A DNA stretch of 64,000 bases from an uncultured Flavobacterium sp. (GCA_964593435.1 CAZQGY010000005.1:92-64091), one strand, 5' to 3'. Counted from the stretch's first letter, positions 1-10,279 are shown. Notes: a model not told the origin generated them from the letters alone. Numbers and translations: made by a program.

Positions 1-1
1 C

Positions 2-835
2 ATTTCGTGTGATAGTCGACAATTTTTTAAAGAAATGAAAATTGGTACAGCTGTGCCTTCGGATGATGAGTTAGCCTCAGCACCTCATCATTTTATTCAA
101 AATAAATCGATTTTAGAACACTATTCTGTGGGTGATTTTGAAAAAGAAGCGCTAAACAAATTAGGCGCACTTTTTACTAAAAATAACATCCAAATTATGG
201 TGGGTGGTTCTGGTTTATATGTAGATGCCGTTTTAAAAGGTTTTGACGAATTTCCAAATATTGAAGAAGGTGTTCGTACAGAAATTAATTCTAAATTTGA
301 TGTATTAGGTATCGAATTTTTACAGGATAAATTACAAGAATTAGATCCCGATTATTATAAAAAACTGAAAATAGAAAATCCGCAAACCTTACAGAATCCG
401 CAACGTATGAAACGTTTTGTAGAAGTTTGTGTTGGAAGTGGTCTGCCCTATTCAGATTTCATTGGTAAAAGAAACATCAAACGTAATTTCACTCCTATTA
501 TCATTGGTTTAGAATCAGATAGAGAAATTATGTACGATCGAATTAACCAACGTGTAGACCTAATGTTCGAAACTGGTTTGATTGATGAGGTAAAACGATT
601 ACTTCCCCATAAAGAGAGAAATGCTTTACAAACAGTAGGTTATAGAGAATTGTTCGATTATTTTGAAGGAAAATGTACATTAGAATTTACCAAAGAACAA
701 ATAAAACAAAACACACGCCGATTTGCAAAACGTCAAATGACTTGGTTTAAGCGTACAGAAAATGCTATTTGGTTTGATTATCTTACAAACAAAGACACTA
801 TTCTAAAGTATATTGAAAAATTAATAGTAGAATAA
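2..835 (+). CDS. miaA: tRNA dimethylallyltransferase, 5'-truncated by window edge
   Basis: Frame is open from base 2 (ISCDSRQFFKEMKIGTA). MiaA motifs DSRQ, IGTA, VGGSGLY, TVGYRELF and TRRFAKRQMTW are present. Confidence 0.95.
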   Translation: MSCDSRQFFKEMKIGTAVPSDDELASAPHHFIQNKSILEHYSVGDFEKEALNKLGALFTKNNIQIMVGGSGLYVDAVLKGFDEFPNIEEGVRTEINSKFDVLGIEFLQDKLQELDPDYYKKLKIENPQTLQNPQRMKRFVEVCVGSGLPYSDFIGKRNIKRNFTPIIIGLESDREIMYDRINQRVDLMFETGLIDEVKRLLPHKERNALQTVGYRELFDYFEGKCTLEFTKEQIKQNTRRFAKRQMTWFKRTENAIWFDYLTNKDTILKYIEKLIVE

Positions 836-877
836 TGTAACGAAATATGATTTTGCTTAATTTTGAAAAAAAACTAA

Positions 878-1510
878 ATGAAAAAAACAGTAATCTTATT
901 GGTTTTGATTTTGTCTTCGTGTGGTATCCCTTATGATGGAGAAAACATAATAAATCTTTCTTTTAAATTTGAAGATAAAAACGCGATACCCACTCCAAAT
1001 ATAGAAACCAGTATTAGCTCTGATTTCAACTCTTATGTTGTGTATAATGTTGATGATAATGTGTATAATAAAAAATCAGATGAAAATGGAAGACTACAAT
1101 TAAAAATGTTTAAACCCGTTTCAACTTTTGCAATACACATAAATAGTTCTTCATATCTATCATATGACATTATTAATATAACCGCTGATACAATTCAAAA
1201 TTATAATTTTGATTTTGGTACAATCACAATGTTTAAATTAGAAGATTTAGCTGATTTTAACATTACTCCAAATCAAATAAATTCTAATAAAATAATTGAT
1301 AAAATTGAAGTTATCGCAGTAAAATACAACAATATAATTGACTTTTCAATACCTGAAGTATATTATCCAACTTTTAACTATTCTTTAAAGAAAAATCAAA
1401 ATTTTACATTAAAATACACAATTAAAGACTTAAATAATAATTCCAAGCAAAATTTTATTGAAAATTTGAGTATCGCTAATAATACATTAAATCATATTAT
1501 AACTTACTAA
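878..1510 (+). CDS. Hypothetical lipoprotein
   Basis: 210-aa ORF with a short signal peptide ending in a lipobox-like LSSC. Asn/Ile-rich, no family recognised. Confidence 0.7.
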   Translation: MKKTVILLVLILSSCGIPYDGENIINLSFKFEDKNAIPTPNIETSISSDFNSYVVYNVDDNVYNKKSDENGRLQLKMFKPVSTFAIHINSSSYLSYDIINITADTIQNYNFDFGTITMFKLEDLADFNITPNQINSNKIIDKIEVIAVKYNNIIDFSIPEVYYPTFNYSLKKNQNFTLKYTIKDLNNNSKQNFIENLSIANNTLNHIITY

Positions 1511-2103
1511 TGAAAAAAATAATTGTACTTGTATTATTTTCAGTTTCATCCTTTTCACAAACTAAAAAAGAAACTAAAATTATTAATTTAGAACCTAGTT
1601 TAAGACTTGGTGTCAACTTACCCATTTATTTTGGAAATAATTTTTTTGCAAAAGATTTTGGTGGTGGCATAGGTTTTAGTTCTAATTTCACATTTATTAA
1701 AGTATATCAAACCAATTTGTCATTTGGATATGAATACAATCAATTCAGCCTAAAAAATAAAAATGTAATTGGTAATTTTGAATACATGAAGAAACATTGT
1801 TATTTTATAGAAGTTTCGCAAAATATAACATTAAATACTAAATTTTCAATAGTTCCATTTATACAATTTGCAGCAGCAAATATTAAATTTAAAAATGAAG
1901 AACGAAAAACTATTGCAAAACAAAACGGTAATGAAATAAAAATTGGATCTTATTTAGATTATAATTTTAATTCGACCTATACTGCTTATTTTGGTATAAA
2001 CTACATAAAATATTTTAATAGTTTAAATGCGAATGATGCTGACCAGAAATATTTTGGAAATTCAAATGCAATTCAACTAACTCTTGGATTTGAATTTAAT
2101 TAA
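1510..2103 (+). CDS. Putative outer-membrane beta-barrel protein
   Basis: Signal peptide, alternating aromatic/Gly strands and C-terminal LTLGFEFN. TAATG overlap with the upstream gene. Confidence 0.65.
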   Translation: MKKIIVLVLFSVSSFSQTKKETKIINLEPSLRLGVNLPIYFGNNFFAKDFGGGIGFSSNFTFIKVYQTNLSFGYEYNQFSLKNKNVIGNFEYMKKHCYFIEVSQNITLNTKFSIVPFIQFAAANIKFKNEERKTIAKQNGNEIKIGSYLDYNFNSTYTAYFGINYIKYFNSLNANDADQKYFGNSNAIQLTLGFEFN

Positions 2104-2105
2104 TT

Positions 2106-2828
2106 ATGCCAATTTCATCTAACTTCACTTCAATTTACACCCTCAATTTTGAAATTGGTTTTCAACATTGCTACTCTAACGGCTTTTTAAAACATACCGA
2201 AATTTGTAATTTATTTCAAATTGTAGCGGGCATTCATGCCGATTTAGGTGGTATTAGTTATTTAGATATGCAGCAACATAACCAAGCTTGGGTGTTGAGT
2301 AGAATGCGAATTGAAATATCAAGATTACCAAAATGGAAAGATGTTATTACCATTAAAACCTGGATTAAAACCTTAGAAAATTCGCGTTCGATACGTTGTT
2401 TAGAAATGTATTTGAATGAAGAAAAACTAATAGGTTGCGAAACTTTTTGGGTAGTAATAAATACAACTACCAGACGACCAGACAATTTAGCATTATCGCA
2501 TACGCATTTTGAAAAATATGATACAGATAGTATTGCACAACCCATACAGAAAATTACTATTTCAGAAGTATTTACACATAAAAACGAAAGAAAAATTCTT
2601 TTATCGGATATTGATATTGTAAATCACGCCAATAATGTCAAATATTTAGAATGGTGTTTGGATGTTGCAAACGTAGAAATGGTATTAAGCAATTCAATTA
2701 AAGCATTAAATTTAAACTACTTACAAGAATTAAATTATAATGACGCGATTGATATTCAACATAATGAAAATTCATTCTTAATTACTAAAGAGGGAAAAAG
2801 CTGTTTTGCTTTGGAACTAGAAATCTAA
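2106..2828 (+). CDS. Acyl-ACP thioesterase family protein (double hot-dog fold)
   Basis: AWVLSRMRIEISRLPKW and DIDIVNHANNVKYLEW motifs. Confidence 0.9.
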   Translation: MPISSNFTSIYTLNFEIGFQHCYSNGFLKHTEICNLFQIVAGIHADLGGISYLDMQQHNQAWVLSRMRIEISRLPKWKDVITIKTWIKTLENSRSIRCLEMYLNEEKLIGCETFWVVINTTTRRPDNLALSHTHFEKYDTDSIAQPIQKITISEVFTHKNERKILLSDIDIVNHANNVKYLEWCLDVANVEMVLSNSIKALNLNYLQELNYNDAIDIQHNENSFLITKEGKSCFALELEI

Positions 2829-2837
2829 AATGATGGC

Positions 2838-2912
2838 AACACCGATTTAATGGATTAAACAGATTTATATATGATAATTTGTGTATATCGACAAAATCTG
2901 TAAAATCTGCGT
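2838..2912. repeat. Nested inverted-repeat element of the (A)ACAGATT...AATCTGT family between convergent genes
   Basis: ACACCGATTT and AACAGATTT on the left face AAATCTGT and AAAATCTGCGT on the right. Confidence 0.55.
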
Positions 2913-2918
2913 ACCCAT

Positions 2919-3944
2919 CTAAAAATTTATTTTACTCAACGTTTCCATTACATAATCGTGCATTACTTGTTTGTAATCCAAATGAGTAACCATTCGTAAT
3001 TTGCCCTGTCCCATATTGCTAATATTGATGTTTTTCTCTTTTAGTTTATCAATAAATTGCGTTTCATTAACATCACTTTTCAGTTTAAAAATAACAATAT
3101 TGGTTTCAATTGGCTCTACTTTATAAATAAAAGGTAGCGTTTCTAAAACAGTCCCTAATTCTTTTGCTTTTTTATGATCTTCTTCTAAGCGAGAGATATT
3201 ATTTTGTAACGCATACATTCCAGCCGCAGCTAAATAACCTGCTTGACGCATACCGCCACCAAATATTTTACGAATTCGAAGCGCGCGTTTCATATCTTCT
3301 TTTGTACCTAACAAAACCGAGCCAACAGGTGCGCCTAAGCCTTTAGATAAACAGACTGAGATGGTATCGAACAATTCACCATACAGTTTTGGATGTTGTT
3401 TTTTGGCAACTAAAGCATTCCAAAGTCGGGCTCCGTCTAAATGAAATTTCAAATTATGTTTCGTGCAAACTTCTTTTATTTTCTTTAATTCTTCTATGTC
3501 ATAACAAGCGCCGCCACCTTTGTTTGTAGTGTTTTCTACACAAACTAATTTCGTCATTGGTGCGTGATAAAACTCAGGATCATTTATAGCGATTTCTACT
3601 TGTTCGGCGGTAATCATACCACGGTTTCCGTCAATTAAATTACACGAAACACCACTATTAAAAGCTACTCCACCCGCTTCGTATAAAAAAACGTGTCCCC
3701 ATTTATCACAAATTAATTCGTCACCCGGATTGGTGTGTAATTTTATAGCGGTTTGATTTGCCATCGTACCGGAAGGAAAAAACAAAGCGGCTTCTTTACC
3801 AAATAAATCAGCTAAAGACGCTTCCAATTCATTAACTGTCGGATCTTGTTTAAAAACATCATCACCCACTTTCGCGTTAAACATATATTGCAACATTTCT
3901 GGAGTAGGCTTGGTAACCGTATCGCTGAATAAATTAATTTCCAT
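2919..3944 (-). CDS. ltaE: Low-specificity L-threonine aldolase (PLP-dependent)
   Basis: FSDTVT, HLDGARLWNA and LSKGLGAPVGS motifs. Start moved from the track's 4019 to ATG 3944 (MEINLF) because the extension overlaps the prfB start. Confidence 0.9.
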   Translation of the reverse strand: MEINLFSDTVTKPTPEMLQYMFNAKVGDDVFKQDPTVNELEASLADLFGKEAALFFPSGTMANQTAIKLHTNPGDELICDKWGHVFLYEAGGVAFNSGVSCNLIDGNRGMITAEQVEIAINDPEFYHAPMTKLVCVENTTNKGGGACYDIEELKKIKEVCTKHNLKFHLDGARLWNALVAKKQHPKLYGELFDTISVCLSKGLGAPVGSVLLGTKEDMKRALRIRKIFGGGMRQAGYLAAAGMYALQNNISRLEEDHKKAKELGTVLETLPFIYKVEPIETNIVIFKLKSDVNETQFIDKLKEKNINISNMGQGKLRMVTHLDYKQVMHDYVMETLSKINF

Positions 3945-3990
3945 AAATCGTATAAATAGTCTATTTTTGTTCTGTAAAATTACAAATAAA

Positions 3991-5086
3991 ATGGTAAATA
4001 CCGAACAAATAAAAGACATTATTAATCGCCTTGGTGCGTTAAGGAGGTATCTTTGACGTTGATGCCAAGCTTGTAGAAATATCTAACGAAGAAGAAAAAA
4101 CATTTGCTCCCGACTTTTGGAACAATGCTAAACAAGCAGAAATTGTAGTTAGAAATTTACGTTCGAAAAAGAAATGGGTAGACGACTACACCAATTGTGA
4201 AGATTTAGCTGAAGAATTGCAACTGACTTATGATTTTTATAAAGAAGAAGCCGTTTCGGAAGAAGAATTAGATGCCATTTTTGAGAAAACAATCAACCAT
4301 ATTGAAGATTTAGAATTTAGAAATATGCTTTCGGAAGAAGGTGATAATTTAAGTGCTGTGCTTCAAATTACAGCAGGTGCAGGTGGAACTGAAAGTTGCG
4401 ATTGGGCCAGTATGATGATGCGAATGTACTTAATGTGGGCTGAAAAACAAGGGTATAAAGTAAAAGAACTGAATTATCAAGAAGGCGATGCTGCTGGAAT
4501 AAAAACCGTAACATTAGAAATTGAAGGCGATTTTGCTTTTGGGTATTTAAAAGGTGAAAACGGCGTACATCGTTTGGTACGAATTTCTCCATTTGACAGT
4601 AATGCCAAGCGTCATACTTCATTTGCTTCAGTATATGTGTATCCTTTGGTTGATGATACCATTGAAATTGAAATTAACCCTGCAGATATTGAAATTACCA
4701 CAGCCCGTTCAAGTGGTGCTGGTGGTCAAAATGTAAATAAAGTAGAGACCAAAGTTCAATTATATCACAAACCTTCTGGAATTCAGATTCAATGTTCTGA
4801 AACGCGTTCGCAACACGACAATAGGTCGCGTGCGTTACAAATGTTAAAATCGCAATTATACGAAATTGAATTGAAGAAACAATTGGCACAGCGTGATGAT
4901 ATTGAAGCCGGTAAGATGAAAATTGAATGGGGTTCGCAAATTAGAAACTACGTTTTACATCCATATAAACTAATTAAAGATGTACGTTCTGGATTTGAAA
5001 CTTCCGATTCTGAAGCCGTCTTAAACGGTGAAATTGATGGGTTTTTAAAGGCCTATTTAATGATGATGGGACAAAAAGAAGACTAA
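3991..5086 (+). CDS. prfB: Peptide chain release factor 2 with programmed +1 frameshift
   Basis: ATG 3991 gives 21 codons ending CTT TGA C (4051-4057). The +1 frame from 4055 is open to 5086 and carries SPF and GGQ motifs. Confidence 0.96.
4042..4057 (+). promoter_or_regulatory. RF2 autoregulatory frameshift signal AGGAGG-TAT-CTT-TGA-C
   Basis: Internal SD 3 nt upstream of the slippery CTT-TGA-C, the canonical prfB geometry. Confidence 0.95.
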
Positions 5087-5103
5087 CAAATTAGATAAGA
5101 AAA

Positions 5104-5184
5104 TTCGACCTGTCGAGTTGTAAAACTTTACAGGTCGAATTAAACAACTTCGACAGGTCGAGTTTAAAAGTTTAACAGGTCGAA
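5104..5184. repeat. Two tandem 36-bp REP-like palindromic units (period 45 bp); probably doubles as a bidirectional terminator
   Basis: TTCGACCTGT-16 nt-ACAGGTCGAA (5104-5139) and TTCGACAGGT-16 nt-ACAGGTCGAA (5149-5184), between convergent stops. Confidence 0.75.
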
Positions 5185-5189
5185 ATTTT

Positions 5190-7730
5190 CTATTGTTTTG
5201 GCTTCATTGCATTTTCAATTCTTGCCACTAAATCATTTAAGTGAAATTTAGTTAAACGATCTGTTGAAATAGCACTAGCTTTTTTCAATTGTGCTTTTAA
5301 TTCTAACAATTGCCCTTTTGCAATAGAAGGAATATCGGTATCTAAAACACTAATTCTTTTTCCATCAAAATTTCCAGTAGCGGTTTTATCAGCTAAGGCA
5401 ACATCAATAACTCTACTTACAAATACTTTTTGAAGGTTTCTTCTATACATATCAATAACAGCATTCGCTTTTAATTCTGAGAAAATACCTCTTCTTAAAT
5501 CTGAAATTAATTCATCAACGGAATAATTTGCTTTATTTAACGATGAAGTTTCTATTAATCGAACCAATCTATCATTTGATAATAAACTTGAAAGTGTAGC
5601 ATCTTGCATACTCTTAATCGCATCCACACCAACATCGCCTTTTATTTTAGAAATGATATTTTGATTTAATAACCAAGTTGGCGTTTTAAACAATTGCTCA
5701 TTTAAGAAGGCTACTGCTTCATTTTGAATTGCAGAAGGCGTAACTTCGTATGCATTTCCTGCCATATCATAGGTTTTTGGGTTTTCATAAACACCACCTA
5801 CGTTTTTAGTTACGTGCCCCATATATCTTCTGAACTGTCCAACTAACGAATTATATAATCCTTCTAATTCAGAATAATCTTCCCCGTTTTCTTTACTCCA
5901 TTCCGTTAAATTAGGTAAAATTCTTTTCAAATTTTTAATTCCATAAGCAGATGCTTTCATAGAATTATCTCCTAAATCTTCTGTTTGATAACGTGGATCG
6001 TATGGATTGGTTTCCGTACCAAACCAAAGTCTTCTGTTTTTATAAGCATCTTTAGTCATTTCATTTAACAATGCTTTTTCCACTTTTTCATCGGCAGCAT
6101 CTTTAAAATAAGAATATCCCCATTTGATTGCCCATTTGTCATAATCTCCAATTCTTGGAAACAAATCTTTAACATTATCTTCAGGTTGTGCTACATAATT
6201 GAAACGTGCATAATCCATAATAGATGAAGTATGTCCGTTTTTCTTTTGGAACTCTGGATCTCTCAACATTTCTACTGGAGTAGCATTACTTGCTCCCATA
6301 TTATGACGCAATCCAAGCGTGTGACCTACTTCATGAGCCGCCACAAAACGAATTAATTCGCCCATTAATTTATCATCTAATTTTTTATGTCTTGCATTTG
6401 GATCTACCGCAGCCGTTTGAATTAAATACCAATCGCGTAATAAACTCATAATATTGTGGTACCAACCAATATGACTTTCCATAATTTCACCTGTTCTTGG
6501 ATCGTGAACATTAGGTCCGTAAGCATTTTGAATTTCTGCAGCAAAATATCTCAATACAGAAAAACGAGCATCTTCTAAACTCATAGTTGGATCGTTTTCT
6601 GGCCAATATTCACCACGAATGGCATTTTTCCAACCTGCAAATTCAAATGCAGCTTGCCAATCGTCAATACCTTGTTTGATGAATGGTTTCCATTTATCTG
6701 GTGTTGCCGGGTCTAAATAATAAACTATTGGTTTCTTAGGCTCAATTAATTCGCCATTTTTTTGTTTTTGAGTATCTTCTTCATTCTTTGGTTCTAAACG
6801 CCATCTAACAGCAAAAACATCTGTATCAGCTTTTTGAGAATCTTCTTCAAAAACATCATATCCGTTGGCAAAATACCCTACTCTTTTATCGAAAGTACGT
6901 TTACGCATTGGATTTTCTGGTAATAAAATAAACGATGTATTTAATTCCATTGTCACTACACCCGCATCAAGAGCTGCTGGGAAATCAACACCAATTTTAG
7001 GCGTAGGCGTTCTTGAAATTTGAGGCGCTACTGTAGAAAATGTTTTTGTGGTTCTAATTTCCGTATTGATTGGAAAAGTTTTAACAAATTGAATAAACGA
7101 TTTGTCTTTTTGAAACGCCTGAATGCTTAACATTTGCTTGTTAATAGAATTCAAAGAAAATGTTTGTACATCAGAATCGAAAGCGGCAGTCATATCAATA
7201 ACACTAGCGATATTATTTTTTTCTGATTCGTCTTTTTTGTAAGCTAAAATATCATAAATACCTATAATTGGATCGGCGCTAGAATTTTTTACTGACTTTG
7301 TAATTGGTTTCTCCTCATCTGGTGTCATAATTACATAGGTAATAGAGCGTAATAAAATAGTATTGTTCATTCCTTTTTCAAAACGAACTACTTGTCTGTT
7401 TATTTCTTCACCACCAAAAATTCCACCACCTGCTGGTGTTTTAGAATATCTAGTAATAGTCATAATTTCTTTACCGATTAATGATTCAGAAATTTCAAAT
7501 AAATATTTATCTGCCACTTTATGAACATCAATTAATCCTTTTTGCGTTATAGCTGTAGAATCAATTACTTTTTTATACGGTTTAGGTTCTTTTTTTGCCT
7601 CGGGTTTTTTTACATCCGCTGCAGTTGGTGTAGGTGCATTTTTACTTTTTGGATTTTTCTTTTGAGCCAGACTTTCAAAGGTGCTTAAAAGCAAAAAACA
7701 AAATAAAATTTGTATTGATTTTTTCAACAT
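5190..7730 (-). CDS. Secreted zinc-dependent metalloprotease (DUF5117/DUF4953 type)
   Basis: Signal peptide, HEVGHTLGLRH zinc motif and Met-turn SSIMDY. Confidence 0.85.
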   Translation of the reverse strand: MLKKSIQILFCFLLLSTFESLAQKKNPKSKNAPTPTAADVKKPEAKKEPKPYKKVIDSTAITQKGLIDVHKVADKYLFEISESLIGKEIMTITRYSKTPAGGGIFGGEEINRQVVRFEKGMNNTILLRSITYVIMTPDEEKPITKSVKNSSADPIIGIYDILAYKKDESEKNNIASVIDMTAAFDSDVQTFSLNSINKQMLSIQAFQKDKSFIQFVKTFPINTEIRTTKTFSTVAPQISRTPTPKIGVDFPAALDAGVVTMELNTSFILLPENPMRKRTFDKRVGYFANGYDVFEEDSQKADTDVFAVRWRLEPKNEEDTQKQKNGELIEPKKPIVYYLDPATPDKWKPFIKQGIDDWQAAFEFAGWKNAIRGEYWPENDPTMSLEDARFSVLRYFAAEIQNAYGPNVHDPRTGEIMESHIGWYHNIMSLLRDWYLIQTAAVDPNARHKKLDDKLMGELIRFVAAHEVGHTLGLRHNMGASNATPVEMLRDPEFQKKNGHTSSIMDYARFNYVAQPEDNVKDLFPRIGDYDKWAIKWGYSYFKDAADEKVEKALLNEMTKDAYKNRRLWFGTETNPYDPRYQTEDLGDNSMKASAYGIKNLKRILPNLTEWSKENGEDYSELEGLYNSLVGQFRRYMGHVTKNVGGVYENPKTYDMAGNAYEVTPSAIQNEAVAFLNEQLFKTPTWLLNQNIISKIKGDVGVDAIKSMQDATLSSLLSNDRLVRLIETSSLNKANYSVDELISDLRRGIFSELKANAVIDMYRRNLQKVFVSRVIDVALADKTATGNFDGKRISVLDTDIPSIAKGQLLELKAQLKKASAISTDRLTKFHLNDLVARIENAMKPKQ

Positions 7731-7828
7731 AATACTATTTTTTTAGTTAGTTTTTATAAGACTCGAAATATACATTTATGTTACTTTAATGCTAAAATTT
7801 TTATGTTAATTTTAACAAATGATGAAAC

Positions 7829-7860
7829 AAAAAAAACCGATTTTCATTGAAAATCGGTTT
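7829..7860 (-). terminator. Rho-independent terminator of the DUF47-pit operon
   Basis: AAACCGATTTT-CATTG-AAAATCGGTTT hairpin followed by a U-run on the minus strand. Confidence 0.8.
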
Positions 7861-7880
7861 CTTACACAAAATACTTATTT

Positions 7881-9512
7881 TTATGAAAAGAATGTAGTTA
7901 CATAATATAATAACGCACCAATAATTGCAGATACTGGAATAGTTAATATCCATGCCCATAATAAACTTATTGTAACACCCCATCTTACCGCACTTAAACG
8001 TTTGGTAGCACCTACTCCAATAATAGAACCTGTAATGGTATGTGTTGTAGAAACTGGAACACCCATTTGAGAAACGGTAAATAAGGTTAATGCACCTGCC
8101 GTTTCAGAACAAACCCCTTCAAGTGGTGTTACTTTGGTAATTTTAGTCCCCATAGTTTTAACAATTTTCCAGCCCCCCATTAATGTACCTGTTCCAATCA
8201 TTAAATAACATCCAAAAGCAATCCATGTTGGCATGGTTTCTTTGGTTACTTTCGTTTCTAATTTGTGGCCTTCCAAAAGGTTTCCGTTTTCATCAATATA
8301 TTTTGAGAAAATTTTCGCATATCTATAGTTAGGGTTTATCTTATTGTCACTAAAAATTATTTCATTAGTTATGACATCTTTAACTTCTTTTTTATCTGAA
8401 TACACTTCAAGTTTTGCCAGTTTTTTCGAAACTTTTTCAAAGTTACTTGTGTTTACTTTTTCGTTTTCCAATGCCATTAAAAATGGATTCGTTTTTGAAA
8501 CTTTAGTATTTAATTTTTCATCAGAATAAATAGTTTCTTTTGAGGAAACATCTACAATTTTCTTACCATCTAAGTAAATCGTATCACTTCCAAAAATACC
8601 AACAGAAGGTTTAAATTTTTTCAAATTTCCTTCTTCATTACTGTATTTTATTTGTAAAATTTCGGTAGTATGTAATAAGTTGTACTCTTTAACAAAATTT
8701 GGCATATCAGTATCTGTTCCACCTCTATAAGAATTTGCATAAACAATACAAGCGGCACAAATAATTCCCATTACTTTTTGAGAATCGGCACCACCATGAC
8801 CTAATGAAAAAGCAGCTGAAGAAAGTAATTGTAATTTTTTATACATATTCCCTTCTTTTGTATGCGAAGGATTTTTACCATGTACAATTTCGTACCAACA
8901 ATAAACTACTATAAACAATCCTAAAAGTACTCCAATTATCCAAATCATAATTGGTTTAATATCTAAAGCATCTTTTAAACTATAGGTAATATATACAGTA
9001 AGTATTGAAAGTAAAATTGAAACGGTAATTTTTATAACAAATTTCCTTTGTATGGTAACCATTGCAATTAAGTAAGAAATTAGTCCACCAATTACAGGGG
9101 CTAAAAATATAAATGCAATTGTTTTTAAAATTTCTGTAGAATTTAACACATCAAAACCAGCGTGAGCCACTGCAGCACCACCAAATCCACCAATAAGTGT
9201 ATGGGAAGAAGAAGACGGAATACCTAATTTCCAAGTTAATAAATTCCAAAGAGTTGCCGCTATAAGTCCAGCTAAAATAACCCAAAGTGTAATTGCAGAA
9301 TTATCTACTGTTTTGGCCACCGTATTTCCTACACTCATATCAAACACCCAATACGCAACTAAATTAAAAAAAGCGGCCCAAACCACGGCTTGAGTTGGTG
9401 TTAATACTTTTGTAGAAACAACAGTTGCAATTGAATTGGCTGCATCGTGAAAACCATTTACCAAATCAAATAACAAAGCAATTATAATAATTACTATTAA
9501 AAGTGTAAACAT
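7881..9512 (-). CDS. Inorganic phosphate transporter, PiT family, with a large hydrophilic insertion
   Basis: NGFHDAANSIAT, GIPSSSSH, HGGADSQKVMG and PVSTTH signatures. Confidence 0.92.
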   Translation of the reverse strand: MFTLLIVIIIIALLFDLVNGFHDAANSIATVVSTKVLTPTQAVVWAAFFNLVAYWVFDMSVGNTVAKTVDNSAITLWVILAGLIAATLWNLLTWKLGIPSSSSHTLIGGFGGAAVAHAGFDVLNSTEILKTIAFIFLAPVIGGLISYLIAMVTIQRKFVIKITVSILLSILTVYITYSLKDALDIKPIMIWIIGVLLGLFIVVYCWYEIVHGKNPSHTKEGNMYKKLQLLSSAAFSLGHGGADSQKVMGIICAACIVYANSYRGGTDTDMPNFVKEYNLLHTTEILQIKYSNEEGNLKKFKPSVGIFGSDTIYLDGKKIVDVSSKETIYSDEKLNTKVSKTNPFLMALENEKVNTSNFEKVSKKLAKLEVYSDKKEVKDVITNEIIFSDNKINPNYRYAKIFSKYIDENGNLLEGHKLETKVTKETMPTWIAFGCYLMIGTGTLMGGWKIVKTMGTKITKVTPLEGVCSETAGALTLFTVSQMGVPVSTTHTITGSIIGVGATKRLSAVRWGVTISLLWAWILTIPVSAIIGALLYYVTTFFS

Positions 9513-9521
9513 AGTACTTAA

Positions 9522-10166
9522 TTAAGAATGTTTAACTGCAACGGCTTCTAAAACTCGTGCCACTGCTTTACATTTGTCTGTAGCTTTATCTAAAGACGCT
9601 AATACTTCTTTATATTTGATAATATTTTTAACATCCGTTTCATTTTCAAAAATATCTGAGATGGCTTTTTCAAAAACAGAATCTGATTTTCTATCTAATT
9701 TATTGATTTTCTTCACGCATTCAAATACATTTTTAAAATCTTTCATTTCTTTCAATTCCTTTACAGATACTGTAATGAGTTGACAAGCTTCTAAATTAAT
9801 TTCTGTAATTTTTCTGATAGATTTACTGATTTTTTCAACCTGATACATTCTAATTCTATTAGAAGCTTCCTGTAAATTACTTGCTACATCTTCTATTGTA
9901 GACATTAAAGCGTGAATATCTTCTCTATCAAATGGAGTAATGAAATTTTTACTCAACTCTAAATTCATTGTATGAGATATTTTTTCAATATTTTCTGCCA
10001 ATTCATCAATTTTAGTAAAATAAATATCACGGTCATTTTTAGTAGCATTTGCTGCTTCATGTAAAAACTCGGAAAGTTTTGTTAATTTATGAGTTGCTTG
10101 ATCAAATAAAGGAAAGAATGTTTTGTCCTTAGGTGAGAAAAAATTTAAAATATCTTTTAAAGCCAT
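9522..10166 (-). CDS. DUF47 family phosphate-transport regulator (PhoU-like)
   Basis: FITPFDREDI motif, helical composition, directly upstream of pit. Confidence 0.88.
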   Translation of the reverse strand: MALKDILNFFSPKDKTFFPLFDQATHKLTKLSEFLHEAANATKNDRDIYFTKIDELAENIEKISHTMNLELSKNFITPFDREDIHALMSTIEDVASNLQEASNRIRMYQVEKISKSIRKITEINLEACQLITVSVKELKEMKDFKNVFECVKKINKLDRKSDSVFEKAISDIFENETDVKNIIKYKEVLASLDKATDKCKAVARVLEAVAVKHS

Positions 10167-10279
10167 TTTTATTATTATTAAAATTTCGTTGCAAAATTAA
10201 CACTCTAATATTAACTTAAAGTTAATTCGAGAAAAGTTATTAAGTAATTAAGATTAATTATTAACAATTTATTAAAAAA

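Noticed and set aside
4217-5086. prfB starting at the track's TTG 4217
   Set aside because: The true N-terminus is at ATG 3991, joined through the +1 frameshift.
5104-5184. 36-bp palindromic units as a CRISPR array
   Set aside because: Only two units, a 9-bp spacer and no cas genes in the window.
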